Assembly: GCA_013239625.1 (NCBI GenBank)
Contig: MU054026.1
Coordinates: 1,054,001 to 1,118,000 of the forward strand
DNA length: 64,000 nucleotides
DNA from: Lama guanicoe
Lineage: Eukaryota
Reading direction: 5' to 3'
Shown here one piece after another: positions 11,549 to 25,461 of this stretch. The position numbers were made by a program, and so were the translations under genes. The notes under the pieces are model-generated. The model had not been told where the DNA came from and searched no databases. It saw only the letters and a program-made list of their open reading frames with translations. The stretch's first letter is position 1, and every line of letters begins with the position of its first letter.

Positions 11549-14115
11549 AAACAAAAGTCCTGGACCAGATGGCTTCACAGGTGAATCCTACCAAACATTT
11601 AGAGAAGAGTCAATGCCTATCATTCTGAAATTATTCCAAAAAATTGCATGAAGGAACACTTCCAAACTCATTCTGTGAGGCCATGATCACCCTGATAGCA
11701 AAGAAAAAATAGCACACACACAAAAATAAAATTACAGGCCAATATCACTGATGAACATAGATGCAAAAACCCGTAACAAAATATTAGCAAACCAACTCCA
11801 ACAATACATTAAAAGGTTCATACATCATGATTAAGTGGGTTTAATCTCAGGGATATAAGGATTTTCCAGTATTTACAAATCGATCAATGTGATACACCAC
11901 ATTAATAAATTGAAGAATAAAAACCATCTGATCATCTCAATAGATGCAGAAAAAGTTTTTGATAAAATTTAACATCCATTTATGGTAAAAATTCTCCAGA
12001 ATGTGGGTATACAGGGACACTTGTCAATATAATAAAGGCCACATATGACAAACCCACAGCTAACATCACACTCAAAGGTGAAAAACTGAAAGCATTTCCT
12101 CTAAGATCAGGAACAAGACAAGGATGCCTACTTTCACCACTTTTATTCAACATAATTTTGAAATTCCTAACCACAACAATCAGAGAAGAAAAAGAAATTA
12201 AAACAATCCATAGTGGGAAAGACCAAGTAAAACTGTCACTGTTTGATAATCACATGATGCTATACATAGAAAATCCTAAAGAGACCACCAGAAAGCTACT
12301 AGAGCTCATGAATAAATTCAGCAAAGTTGTAGGATACAAGTTTAATATACAGAAATCTTTTGCCTTTCTAACAGTAACAACAAACTATCAGAAAGAGAAA
12401 TTAAGGAAACAATTCCATTTACCATCACATTAAAAAGAATAAAATACCTGGAAATAAACCTACCTAAGAAGGCAAAAGACCTGTACTCTGAAACTATGAG
12501 GGACTGATGAAAGAAATCAAAGAAGACATAAACAGATGGAAAGATATACCATATTCTTGGATTTGCATAATCAATATTGTTAAAATGACCATGCTACCCA
12601 GGGCAATCTATGTATTCAATGTAAGCTCTATCAAATTAACCTGTAGCATTTTTCATAGAACTAGAACAAAAATATTAACATTTATATGGAAACACAAAAG
12701 GTTCCAAATAACCAAAAGAATCTTGAGAAAGAACAGATCTGGAAGAATCAGGTTCCCTGACTTCAGACTATACTACAAAGCAACAATAATTAAAGCAGTG
12801 TGGTATTGGCACAAAAACAGACGTGCAATACAATGGAACAGGATAGAAAGCCCAGAAATGAATCCACACAATTATGGTCAATTAACCTATGACAAAGGGG
12901 GCAAGAATATAAAACAGAGAAAAGACAGTCTCTCCAATAAGCGGTGCTGGAAAAACTGGACAGCTACATATAAAAGAATGAAATTAGAAGATTCTCTAGC
13001 ATCATATATATACAAAAATAAACTCAAAATGGATTAAGGACCTAAATGTAACACCTGATACTATAAAAATTCTAGAGGAAAACAGACTGAACACTCTTTG
13101 ACATAAACTGCAGCAATATTCTTTTGAATCTGTCTCCTAGAGTAATAGAAATAAAAACAAATATAGACAAATGTGACCAAATCAAACTTCAAAGCTTTTA
13201 AGCAAAGGAGCTTTAAAAAAATTAAAAGCACAGCAAAGGAATTCACAAACAAAATGAAAAGACAACCTACATCCTGGAAAAAAAATACAAATGATGTGAA
13301 TGACAAAGGATTAATTTCCAAAATATAAAAACAGCTCATTCAGCTTAATATCAAAAAAAAGCAACCTAAGAAAAAACATTGGCAGAAGACCGAAATAGAC
13401 ATTTCTCCAAATAAGACATCCAGATGGCCAACAGGCATATGAAAAGATGCTTGATATCACTAATTGTTAGAGAAATGTGTACCAAAACCACAATGAGGTA
13501 TCACCTCACACCAGTCAGAATGGCCATCATCAAAAAGTCTACAAATAATAAATGCTGGAGAGGGTGTAGAGAAAAAGGAATTCTCCTACACTGTTGATGG
13601 GAATGTAAATTGATGCAGTCATTATGCACAACAGTCTGGAAGTTCCTTAAAAATGTAACAATAGACTTAGCATTACCATAGAATCCAATAATCCCATTCC
13701 TGGGCATATGTCCAGAGAAAAGTGTAATTCAAAAAGTTACATGCACCTCAATGTTCATAGCAGCACTATTTACAATAGCCAAAACATGGAAGCAACCTAA
13801 ATGTCCATTATATATATGTATACATAATGGAATATTACTCAGCCATAATAAAGAAATAAAGAATGTAATTTGCAGCAGCATGGATGGACCTAGAGATGAT
13901 CATACTAAGTGAGATGAGTCAGACAGAGAAAGATATCATATAATATCACTTACATGTAGAATCTAAAAAACATACAGTTGAGCTTATTTAGAAGACAGGA
14001 ACAGACTAACATAAAAAAATCAGACTTATTTACATATAATACATAAGTCAATTACTTTGTTGTACACCTGAAACTAATACAACATTATTAATTAACTATA
14101 TCTCAACTAAAAAAA
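11549..14115 (+). mobile_element. 5'-truncated L1 (older cetartiodactyl-type subfamily), ORF2 RT through 3'UTR
   Basis: Frameshifted ORF2 peptides (EIKEDINRWKDIPYSW, PDFRLYYKATIIKAVWYW); its 3'UTR end (tgtacacctgaaactaatacaaca) differs from the young copies and has small deletions near 13810 and 14030. Confidence 0.93.
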
Positions 14116-14123
14116 TCATTTAA

Positions 14124-14547
14124 GAGGTGGGAGGGTATAGCTCAGTGATAAATTGCATGCTTAGCATGCAGGAGGTCCTGTGTTCAATCCTTAGTACCTC
14201 CATTAAAAAATAAATAAATCTATATATTTTTCAATGGAGGTACTGGGCATTAATTGAGAGTTTGAGATTTGCAAAGATTAACTATTATATATAAAATAGA
14301 TTGAAAAACAAATTATTTCTTCTGCATAGCACAGGGAATTATATTCAAAATCTTGTAGTAACCTATAACGAAAAATAATATGAAAGGGAATATATGTATG
14401 TATATGTATGACTGAAACATTATGCTGTACACCAGAAATTGACATTGTAACTGACTCTACTTCAATTAAAAATAAATAAACAAACAATTATTTCCCCCTC
14501 CCAGAGAAAAGTAGAAATTTTTAAAAAATAGTTATTGAAACCAGATT
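14124..14547 (+). mobile_element. tRNA-Ala-derived camelid SINE (vic-1-like), interrupted by an L1 fragment
   Basis: A box tagctcagtga, B box gttcaatcc; 13-bp TSD aaaaatcatttaa at 14111-14123 and 14548-14560; SINE tail resumes at ~14481. Confidence 0.88.
14251..14467 (+). mobile_element. Short young L1 3' end inserted in the SINE
   Basis: Matches the last ~220 nt of other L1 copies; flanked by aaaaataaataaa (14206-14218, 14468-14480). Confidence 0.88.
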
Positions 14548-14699
14548 AAAAATCATTTAAAAAATCATTCAAAAAACTAAGGACATCTGAAAAAAATATA
14601 TAAACTTTAGTTAGTGATAATGTGTTAATACTAGCTCATTAATTGTGACAAATGTAGCAGAGAAATATAAGATATAAATAATAAAAGAAAACATTTATT

Positions 14700-15810
14700 A
14701 AAATATTTTTAAAATCCTAATTTTGCAATCAGATATTATAAAGGAGTCATTTTCATTAATAATCGCTTGCTTATGTGTTACTTGACCTCTTTTTTTGTTT
14801 GTGTTACTCTTCCTGCAAAGTAACCATTTTTGCTCTTCGAATATTCTTTTTATAGCAATGTCTTAGTTTGTTTGTTTCCTAAGTACAATATTGTTTTGTC
14901 TCTCTGAGGCTGACAATGGTAATTGTTACCATTTTAGGGTTCTTCTCCATTTCCAAATTGCTTTTCAAATGTTTGTTTTGGTTGCTAGGTTTCATTTTGA
15001 AGATTTCCTCAAAGGACACCTGATCAGATGCAGTCTGTCTGCTCATGTTCAAAAGTGTGAGATTCAAAAGCTGGTGAGAAAAAAATAAGAAACAAAATGC
15101 ATGAGAAAGGCCTGTTCATGGTGGGCTTCATACTATGGTGATGTGAGGTTGAATACTTGAATTTTGATTGCAATAAATTTATGTGTTAGATTTCCCTAAG
15201 TTGCTCATTTTTCCCCTGATAGACTGATTCCATCTCCTAACACAGCTATTGCATTTCTGGAAGCTGAGTGGAAAAAGAGGGTTAAGACTCACAACACACA
15301 GTACTCAAATACTCACTTAATTCCTTTTTTTTTTTTTTTTGAGTATAATCCCACCTCCCACCTCCCACTCTGATCCTGACACATGACACCTCTTGCACTG
15401 GTTCATCCTTCCCAAATCCAGACATTTTGCACATGGCAGAGGTATAGTATTATAGCCAGATGCTAAAAAGTAGGGTATCTGTTATCACAAGTTCTTACAC
15501 ATACTTCTCAGCAATTCTCTGGTTAATGCCCTATCTTCACTCCATTTCCAGAGATACCTAGGGCCTTTGGGGCATTCTGTGGAATACATCATTTCCTTCC
15601 TCAGTTTTCTTACTGCTAGCTTGGGATCTGCTTCCCAGCTTCCAAACTTTCATCATTCATGTCTTCAGTTATGTTCCTTAATCCACGTAGGTTTATCCCT
15701 TTTAAAAAATACCCTTACTATAGGTTTAGTGGGGTTTCAAGAGGGTGAAAAGTCTATGTATGTATTCAGTCAATCCATCATCTGTAGGCGGAACCACTCT
15801 GCCATTTTTG
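14700..15810 (-). mobile_element. HAL1-like ancient L1 derivative, part 2
   Basis: agatttcctcaaa...ctgctcatgttcaaaagtgtgagattcaaaagctg...ggtgggcttcatactatggtgat resembles remembered HAL1; boundaries approximate. Confidence 0.55.
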
Positions 15811-15819
15811 AAACTTTGT

Positions 15820-16975
15820 TTTTCGCCTTTGGTACCTGCACAGTTATTCTGTCCTTATTTTTCTCCTTTTTAATGATTATTTTTCTCATTTTTCTCTTCT
15901 ACGTATTTATCCCTCGTCTTGTCTCTAAAACAATCATTTTCCTTGGAGTGTCCTGTCTTGTATCCTTCTCTGAAGCTTCATCATACTCTAAATACTTGAC
16001 TACACATTGATGACTGTGAGATCAAAATCGTGACCCTTGTTTCCATCCCTCTTTTTCAGAACAGTGATTATAACTGCAAGTGCACGTGTCCAATACAGAC
16101 TTCTTCCTCTAACTCTTTTCCATCCCCTTCAAGCTTGATGCTTCTCTGATACTTACTTAGAATCCCATTGTGAATGGCCCCACAACCTACCCATTAATAA
16201 AATAAAAATAAACAAACAACAAAAACAGGGAATAAAATAATTTATTTTCACTTGATTTCCACATCTAATTACCATTGGTCAGTAAATCTCACTGACTTTG
16301 CTCTCCTAGTAATACATTTTCTCCATCTCTCTCTTCTTGCTTTCCCTTTGCCATTATCATGTTTACCTATGAACGATTGTTGCATTTTTTATTATAATAG
16401 ACTCAGATTTTACCCCTCCAATTGATTCTTTACCCTGTCCTGAAGAATGATATTTTCCAACATAAATAAAACCAAGTCGTTCCCTCATTTAACGCACCCA
16501 GAAAAAACTCTTTGCCTAAATTCTTGTGTGAAAGTCCAAGCTCTCCATCATCCTGCTTGTTGCTAACTCTCCACCTCCTCTGCTATCCTCTCGTCCTCTC
16601 TCCTCTTCACGCATGCAGAATCCCAGCCAATGACTTGAGATGCTTCCAATTGTCCAGACTTTTGCTCTTCTCTGCATACACTGCTCCTGTAGGCCTTTCT
16701 TTATCTAACCAATCTCAGATCTTTCTTAAATTTCAACTCAGATAGCATACCCTCTAGGAAGCTTTCTCAGCATTGTCAGGCTAGTTACATGTCTCTCTTC
16801 TGTGTTCAATATTTTAACTTTCTCTCAACATTTTCAATGTTATGTTCATTACGGCCCCATTCAAGAAAGAGTTTGATGGCCCATTAGATCAAAGGCAAGA
16901 ATGGTATCTTACTCATGTCCAGTAACTGATACTTGGATAGTGGTACGGAATGCTATTGTATCACTGAATGAGAGC
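15820..16975 (+). mobile_element. L2 3' region, highly diverged
   Basis: Pyrimidine-rich; caactcagatagcataccctctaggaagctttct and terminal tgaatga are typical of L2. Confidence 0.65.
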
Positions 16976-17180
16976 AAGGATGAACCAGCAATGACTCTGA
17001 TTAGGAACACCGCCTGCTGTGTTTTTCCAGGCAATAGACAGAGAAAGCTGAATATCTAAGGAGATGCATTTGGAGAAAGGAAGGAGCTGGGAGAGGGTAA
17101 AAGACGAAACTAATTATTCACAGTTTTGCTCAGATCTCTTCCTACCATCAGCCAGTGTGGAGCAAAAGAGAGGGCTTCTT

Positions 17181-17290
17181 TCTTTTTTATTTATTTAAGT
17201 CTTTTTTTAAATGGCAGTACTGGGAATTGAACCCAGGGCCTCATGCATGCTTGGCATGCACTCTACCCCTGAGCTACATCCTGCTCCCCC
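17181..17290 (-). mobile_element. vic-1-like SINE, short form
   Basis: Reverse complement ggatgtagctcaggggtagagtgcatgccaagcatgcatgaggccctgggttcaattcccagtac plus an A-rich tail. Confidence 0.9.
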
Positions 17291-18597
17291 AAATTCAGAT
17301 CATCATGGCATACCCACTATTGAAGTGGACGGAAGAGTTGATTTACTGTTGACTGGACCTACCATGCAGCAAGGCAAACTTAAAACCCCAGTCAGCTAAG
17401 ACCCTTAGTATATTATTGCGCGAGTCCACACTGAGTTTCCACTCTGCTTTCCCTCCTCGATTTATGCTCTGAACCACACAACCTTAATGTTTTGTAATGG
17501 AAGCACATAGCTGACATTTTTAACTGTATTCCAGGCACAAGAATGGATCATTTAAGAGCTCATTGTTCACTTGACTTTTTGTTTTCACATGATTGTAAAA
17601 ATCTTATTCTTCTCTTTGCTACAGAAAATAAGCATTTTGTGCTTTTTCAGAATTATCCTCTTGTTTCCTTTTATACCTCCTTATTTCAGATGAATGGGAT
17701 CACTTGGGCCCTTGCTTTACATTTGATTAGCTTTTAACTAATTATTTTCTGTCATTCAAGTTTATTGCTGAGCAGTAAAAGACAAGCTTAATGGGCTGGT
17801 TTAAAAATGGGAAATCATCCACCTACTGAGCCACTGGTGGTATCAAATTAGAGGCAGCACTGATCTGCTGTCTCCACACTTAATATCTGTCTGCAGATGC
17901 TTATAGGCCAGAAGGTGAGGGGTCTGAATCTCAGACCAGGCTCTGCTAGTTACAAAGCTGACAATTTTCCATCCCTCCAACTTTTCTGTTTAAAAAGATT
18001 TTCCTTATAGCAATGTTTGTTCAGTTCAGCAATGGCCAATTACTTATACCCAAGGCTGTGGCTATATTCTTTCCATGTTTTGACCTGGAAAGAATCATTA
18101 GTCCAATTAATTCACACTGATGATTTACATTACTGGAGTTGGCTGGTGGAACACACTAGCTAATTCAAGTCAACAGGGATGACGTTTCCTATGTCAGCAT
18201 GAAAAGGCTGAAAGCTGGTATCAAGCACAAAGTCTAGTCACTAGCACTGTTAGCCAGCTTGACTGTGGCCAATCAGCGAAACTCTAAGCTTTGATTTCTG
18301 CTTCTGGCAATTGGGGAGGGGTGGGGGTTGGATGAGAGAAGGGCCACAGTGTCATGCTGAGCACAGAGCTCTACTTAAATGGTTAATTCTGGTTGGAATT
18401 TCTCTTACAGTGTATGGGCATGCTGCTTGTAATTTTGGTAAATTATGTAGAACTAAGAATATTTTTGCATTTTTAATATGCCTTCTCCCACATTTAAATA
18501 ATTTTTGACAATGAGTAGGAAGATTGATAACCAAGACAGTCATTGCATTGCACGTGTTTTATAAACAGGGATCATTTTTCCAAATAGACATCTTACT

Positions 18598-18705
18598 TCA
18601 ATATGAATCACGTGCTTATTGAGCATCTCTCGTGTGCCAGGAACTGTTCCAGGTGCTAACAACACCGTGAAGAACCATACAAAGGTCTTCATGAACTTAC
18701 AGTAA
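18598..18705 (-). mobile_element. L2 3' terminal fragment
   Basis: ttattgagcatctctcgtgtgccaggaactgttccaggtgct. Confidence 0.7.
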
Positions 18706-19879
18706 TTGAATATGTGGATGTGGATGTATGTATATGAACACTGATTTTTCTGCACGCAGAATAAAAATAATGAAAAAATAAAAACAACCTTAACTTTAAG
18801 AGGCAATATTTAATTATTGCGTGTAGAAATCTTCTTCTAGGTAAAGAAAATTTTTATTCTGGAATTGCACATAGAGAAAAGTTGTAAGTTCGTTTAGAGC
18901 ATTTTCAAACTAAACATATCACCCAAGAGGATTTAGATAAAGTTCTACTTGGAAGCTGTGTGGTAGGAGAGAATCTGATAATGTGATATATTCTTCCTGA
19001 ATAAGACCCCTCTATGATTTTGCTTTAAAGATTTACACACTTAACATAGAAATATGGATTTATAATGTATGAAATTGTGTATTAATCTAGATTACAGATT
19101 AATATTAATATAATCATATTTAAGAATTAAATACAATTTTCTCACTATATATATAAACGTCAGTGCATAGGTCTAAAGTTACAAATTAAGAGAACTTCTG
19201 AATCGCAGCCAAAGAAATACATCAGAGTTTGAAGTGATTTGCGTGTGTTTGTGTATGTTTCTAAAATGCATTTCAGAACCCAGGCAGTTTTAGCATACAT
19301 AAAATTCTGATGACTGCATGAAACACTACTAAAGCTAAGACAGTTTTGTCCCTAACAATAAAGCCAGGAACAGAAGAAGCCGGCGACCTAATACTGCTTA
19401 ACGGGCTACTGCCCGATGCACAGTGTCATTGAAATCGTTCTATAGTTAATTTGAGATACTCTGTATTTGTTTCATCTGTGAATATGCTAATTTCCTTGCC
19501 GAACATTATCATACTTCATGTGCTAAGTCCTCTGTTGAAGAAATTGGACATTAGAGCCTCAGCAGGAGACAGATTCGCAAATAGCCCTTCTGCAAATTGG
19601 TTAACTATAGGTGAATGCTGAGATTTCTCAGATTTCCTTTGGCTTCTTCCAACTTATGAGAGAAAAAGCAAATTTTTTCTCTCAGCGGGAAGCCCCAGTG
19701 TTATTTTCAGAAATAGCTGAATTGTGAATATGTAAATAATCCTTTGAAGTAGCGTAATATGATTCCAGGCGTGTAAAGAAAGGAAAGAGTTATTTAAATC
19801 TCGGGTGGTCCCAAATACTCAGATGTTTCACTGTCTGTAGATATATCAGTACAGATGACTCTCTAATACAACTATTACT

Positions 19880-20013
19880 TCTAAAAATGAGTCCTTAAAG
19901 ATCATATGTACAACTACCATCATTTTCAGATCAGAATCCCGCGGGGGTTAAATGCTATCCCTAAGATGATGCGGGTCCTTTGCAGCAGATTACTGTCTTT
20001 TCCACCATACTGT
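19880..20013 (-). mobile_element. MIR3-like fragment
   Basis: ccttaaagatcat...cattttcagat...ggttaaatg...tttccaccatac. Confidence 0.45.
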
Positions 20014-21045
20014 ATATTATAGAAGTTTAGGGGTCATTCAGTCTTCAGAAAACATGTTTAAATGTTTACAAGACAATAAAATTCTACGTACTCATCCAAA
20101 TTATAGATGTCACAACATTAAAGGCTGCAATATCTTAAAACTTAACAGCTTAGGAAAAAATTTTTTGAAGACAAAGTGTAGCAATGAATCAAAGGCTTTT
20201 CTAAGAAAACATTGGTAACGCAGGACCTAAGCATTCCCTCCCGGGAACTGTATCTTCTGAGGCTGCCTGTCCCCGTGGATTGCGAGTTGAGTTCTCTCAG
20301 CACAGAGGGTACAGACTCTCAGGAAATCACCCTCCCTCTTTTCCCTAAAGTCAACAGCTAAGGTCATGACTATGAGGAGCCAAGGCAATACTGGTCATCT
20401 GAGAAAAGTCCCTTTTGGGACCCTTCATATATAACCCTGAAATAAACAAAAGGACCTTAACGGGTAACTTCCATCATAGCTGACAGATTTCTATCTCATT
20501 TTTCCTTTACGGTGTCTTCTGATGTCATGTAAGTCTCTTAGGCTGTGTCATTTCAGAGGCACTGGATGCCTCATTTTTGCTCAGTATTCATTCTCCAATC
20601 TCACCCCCATTATTAACGATGTTTATCTGATCCTCCCAGAGAGTCCTGTCAGTGTATCATTATGTTACCTGGAACAGTAATCTGGCAACCTGCTATTTAT
20701 CCATAGATCACAGATTAATTTGTCAGATGAGAGTCTCAAGGAAATAAACACAAAGTAGGTAGGACTTTGGTTAGGGGAAGCTAGAAAATTGTAAAACTTG
20801 AAGAGAAAAGCACGTTTATTAGAATGCAATCAGTATCACACAAGGAAGCGGTTTGGACTACATCTCAACAATCTTTCTCTACTTTACAGACAAGCTGCTT
20901 TAAAAGCTATTTGTATTTAAAACTGCTACTTCCTCAGCTCTGCTTCACACATTACCTAAGTGCCAGAAGCTTTTATTATAAAACCGCACTGAAACTATTC
21001 ACCAAGGTTTCCAAAGTGAATGACTTGCTAGCCATTAGATCATAC

Positions 21046-21692
21046 TATTAGAGCAGGCAGAGAGCTGGATATGAGCAGAGAAAGGGGGACACAGACTGAA
21101 TGGCAGGAATTGGAGGGGCACTGGCCAAATGCAGGAAACCACACATCATGTAAGCACCAGGGGTCCTTCGGCAGAGAAAGAAAAGCAGGAACCTTGGGGC
21201 TGATAAGGGATCATGCTTTTTCGGTGACAAGTGGCCTGGAGAAGAACAAAGAAAGCTGAGAAAAAGGAGAAATCTTCAGTGCCCAAATGTAACCTTTTGC
21301 TCATTATGCCCTCATTTCAACAAAATTAACCTTGCAGATCAGAAATGCCCATCATGCACCGACGCCATGACACTTCCGATCCAGACTAAATAAGGACAAA
21401 ATTCCCTCCTCCCTTTGGGAAGGTGGAGTTGGGATGATAATCAGGGAATGCGACCCCACACCCTCCCCTTCCCAATGAATAATCCGCCCATTCATTTTCA
21501 CACCCTGTGTAACCAACTTGCCAAAGAAACACAGGGCAGCCGCTCACCTGAGCCTGCCCGCTCTCCCCTGAGAGTGTACTATCCATCCTTTAATAAATCT
21601 TCACTTTACCTTTTTAACCACTACGTCTTGTCTCTGAATTCTTTCTGGGACGGGACAAGAACCTGGAACACCGGTTGCATCTATCGGCAGCA
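21046..21692 (+). mobile_element. ERV1-class solo LTR
   Basis: Exact 4-bp TSD atac (21042-21045, 21693-21696); ends TA(TG mutated)...CA; AATAAA at 21592-21597 followed by a U5-like tgtctctgaattctttct. Confidence 0.85.
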
Positions 21693-24481
21693 ATACCATT
21701 GGACTGACTATAAACTCAGTTGTGATACCGACTTGCTTCTGTGGCTACTTCATCTTACATCAGGTTAACAGCTGGTTAAAAGAAGCGTGGTTAGCAGCAA
21801 GGTACGGTGAGAGCACGACAATGAAAGCAGAAAATAAGCACAAACAACGCAAAAGCTTCAGGTGCTGCTTTTTATATGTAACATTCAATTCAGAGGTGAC
21901 AAATTGGACCTGATGACATGCCTAATAAAAATACCAATCACTAATGGGAAAAAATGGGAAAAGCTCTTTGTCACCAGTTAGAGAACTGTCAGTTGGAGTC
22001 CACAGTGGGGAGAGACTTGGGAACCCTTATGAATATATTTTCATGAACGTTTGCTATTACAGCAGAGGTAATACCAATAATTTCTTATTAGTTGGAGAAC
22101 TTCCCTTATGGATGTTAAAAACCAACACTCAAAGTCACTAAAAATAAATGCAAGACTTTTTTGAAAGATTCAAAACTGATTTTTCAATATAATTTGGGGG
22201 ATTGTGGCTTAATAACCAATCCCGCAGCTTTATAGTACCACGAGTTCCGTATTTTACAAACTTCTTGAGTCTACAAGGTACTGGACATGGGAGCAGCCTT
22301 GTTACATTCGTTCTATGACATGAGCACTGCGGGGTCTAAGTCTGAAACCACAGTGCCTCATCTTTAAGAAGTGTTTTATTAGTAACCAGGGTGTGTGATT
22401 ATGTTAATTCAGTGTGTTCTCTTCCTTTTAATTTTCACCTTAAATGGAATTGGGAAGTAAAGACAAAGCGGCAATCTTTGATTTGTTGCAGCTGATTATT
22501 TTCATGATAGGCTGTTGATTAAAGTTTCCATTTTAAAAGTATAAATTTTGAGATTCATTTTCATTTCTGTCCGTTGCAGTACTTGCTTCCCATCTAAAAC
22601 ATAAAAACTCCATCAGACAACAGAGGGATGATTGTTTTAAAAATATTTTAGTGATTTCTGTGTGCAGAATATAACACACTGAGTTTAATAACACCTGGTG
22701 GGGTATAAATAGACTCATAACAAAAATGATCACATGCTAGATGTCAAAATAGGAAAAGATAGACCATTAATACACTGAGATGTCTGGATTTATGAACTCA
22801 TACCTTAGCTATTTTGCCTCTGTTATGAGAAGAGAGATTCCAATGCCAGCCATCTTACAGTCTTTCATGGTCAAGTAAGTTTGCAGGAACATTTGGGAAA
22901 TTATGCAAATTGTTGTGAGTCTTAGGAGAGAAGGGGTAACTGGGCACTTAAGTTTTATTGTCCTTTCTTGATTTAATGAAATCCACTGCCTTATGTGAGT
23001 GGATTGGCAGATTATTTTGTAGCACACAATGAATGCTAACATAAGTGTTGGTGCAGAGAATGAATACAACAAATGAAATAAACCAACATAAAGAGTAATA
23101 GGAAAGCAATGTGTTAGTTAAACTAAATAATGATGGTAGTAAGATTGGCTATTTTATAATTATGAGATAATATAAGGATGATTGGCTGCACACCAAATTT
23201 ATTTGGATTAGAAATAACTTATCATTTATCTAGAAAAGCACAGAAAAGAGGTCTAATATTTTGTCTTTGCAAGACCTCAATGACACAATCATGACTTAAA
23301 GGATTACAGAGGTCAAATTTGGGGTCAGAACAGATAAAAATTAATAGGGCAGATATATTACAAAATTATGATGTAGGCCAAATAATTTTAGTAACAAAAT
23401 TATTTTATACATCTATATAAGAGTTATGTTTTGTTTCATTTAATTTATTTTTAATTGTGGTTTTGGGGAAAAAGAGAGATGCAATTTAATTGATATCAAT
23501 CATATCTAATCAGATATTAAGCAAAATAAAAGCAATAAGAATTTTAAGGCTTTGTTATAGAGGTTACTAAGGAGACAAAATGTTTATGTATTTAATGGAT
23601 AGGTATTCCACAACTAAATATTAAGAGAGAAAACAGTACTTCCTTTGAGAAAGAAAAGTATAACTTCTATTTGGAAAAAATAATCTTAATTAGAATTTTA
23701 CACCAAATGATGTGTATATGTAACTTCATGGTAATCTTTCCTTGAGTTTGACAAGTATCATGAAATGGGAAGTTCCAGAATCAAGGTTTAGCTGGTAACA
23801 CAGGAATCTGGTCAAGCATAACCTTGAAAGGTACAAGGAAAGAGATGGCCAAATTCAAGAAGGTTCAGGGGCGGCTAGCATATAATGTCATGGAATACTA
23901 AGGGGACTGGCAACACATTTCAGGGGCTCAGTCGGAGTACATGATTCAGTGTAGAGAACCGCAGTACTCTGGTCTCCATAGGCAGTGCCGAGTTGCATAT
24001 TAAAAAAAGATACAGTGACTAGATACCATATCCAACACATCTAAACACATCTCAACCTCACTCCTCATCTATCTGTTCTAAGTTTGTAGTCCTTTCTTTT
24101 CTCAAATCCATTTCAATCTTAAGGGTCCCGTTCTCAGACCACAATAGAAATGATTTAGAAATCAATAAGAGAAAGATAGTTGGAAAATCCCTAAATATCT
24201 GGAGTTTAAACAACAACTTCTAAATAACATATGGCTGAAAGAAGAACCTCAAGATAAATTTTTAAATATTTAAACTAAATGAAAATAAAAGCAACTTAGA
24301 ATTTGTGGAATGCAGCAGAAGCAGGACTTAGAGGTAAGTTTTTGAATGCATATATTAGAAAAGATGAAAGATCTAAAACCAATCATCTGAGCTTCCACCT
24401 TAGGAAAGTAGAAAAGAAAACAAAACAATTCAAAAAAGCAGAATTTAAAAAAATACAGCAGTAATCAATGAAATTGAAAAC

Positions 24482-25461
24482 AAGAAGACCTAAACAAGCA
24501 ATTCGCCAATGAAGACATACAAATGGCCAACAGACACATGAAACAATGCTCAATATTGCTAATTATCAAAGAAATGCAAATTAAAACTAAAATGAGGCAT
24601 CACCTCACACCCGTCAGAATGGCCATCATTCAAAAGAACACAAATAAAAAATGCTGGAGAGGCTGTGGAGAAAGGGGAACCCTCCTACACTGATGGTGGG
24701 AATGTAGTTTGGTGCAGCCACTGTGGAAAACAGTATGGCGATTCCTCAAAAGATTAAAAATAAACTTACCATATGATCCAGCAATCCCAATGCTGAGCAT
24801 AGATCCAGAGGGAACCTTAATTCAAAAAGATACATGCACCCCAATGTTCATAGCAGCACTATTTACATTAGCCAAGACATGAAAACAACCTAAATGTCCA
24901 ACTACAGATGACTGGATAAAGAAGTTGTGATATATTTGTACAATGGAATACTACTCATCCATAAAAGGAAGACAGTAATGCCATATGCAGCAACATAGAT
25001 GGACCTGGATATTGTCATTCTAAGTGACGTAAACCAGAAAGAGAATTATGCCATATGATACCACTTATATGTGAAATCTGAAAAAAAAAAAGAAGACAAA
25101 TGAACTTATTTACAAGACAGAAATAGATTCACAGACATAGAAAACAAACTTATGGCTACCAGCAGGGTAAGTGGGTGAGAAGGGATACATTGGGAGTTTG
25201 CTATTTGCAAATAGTAGCTACTATATATAAAATAAACAACAATTTATATTATATAGCACAGGAAACTATATTCAATATCTTGTAGTAACTTACAGTGACA
25301 AAGAATATGAAAATGAATATTTGTATGTCTAGGTACGACTGAAGCATTGTGCTGTACACCAGAAATTGACACACTATTGTAAACTGACTATACTTTTATA
25401 TATAGATATACCAAAAAAGTGCACAACCAAAAAATAATAAAAGTAACAAAATTTAAAAAAA
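24482..25461 (+). mobile_element. Young 5'-truncated L1 with A-rich tail
   Basis: High identity to 2736-3309 plus a complete 3'UTR. Confidence 0.93.

Noticed and set aside
12507..13037. 176-aa ORF with RT-associated sequence
   Set aside because: Frameshifted fragment of a dead 5'-truncated L1.
15567..16010. 147-aa membrane-protein-like ORF
   Set aside because: TTG start; T-rich decayed repeat sequence spanning the HAL1/L2 boundary.
19200..20300. Locally more CpG dinucleotides
   Set aside because: Too AT-rich and sparse for a CpG island; no identifiable feature.
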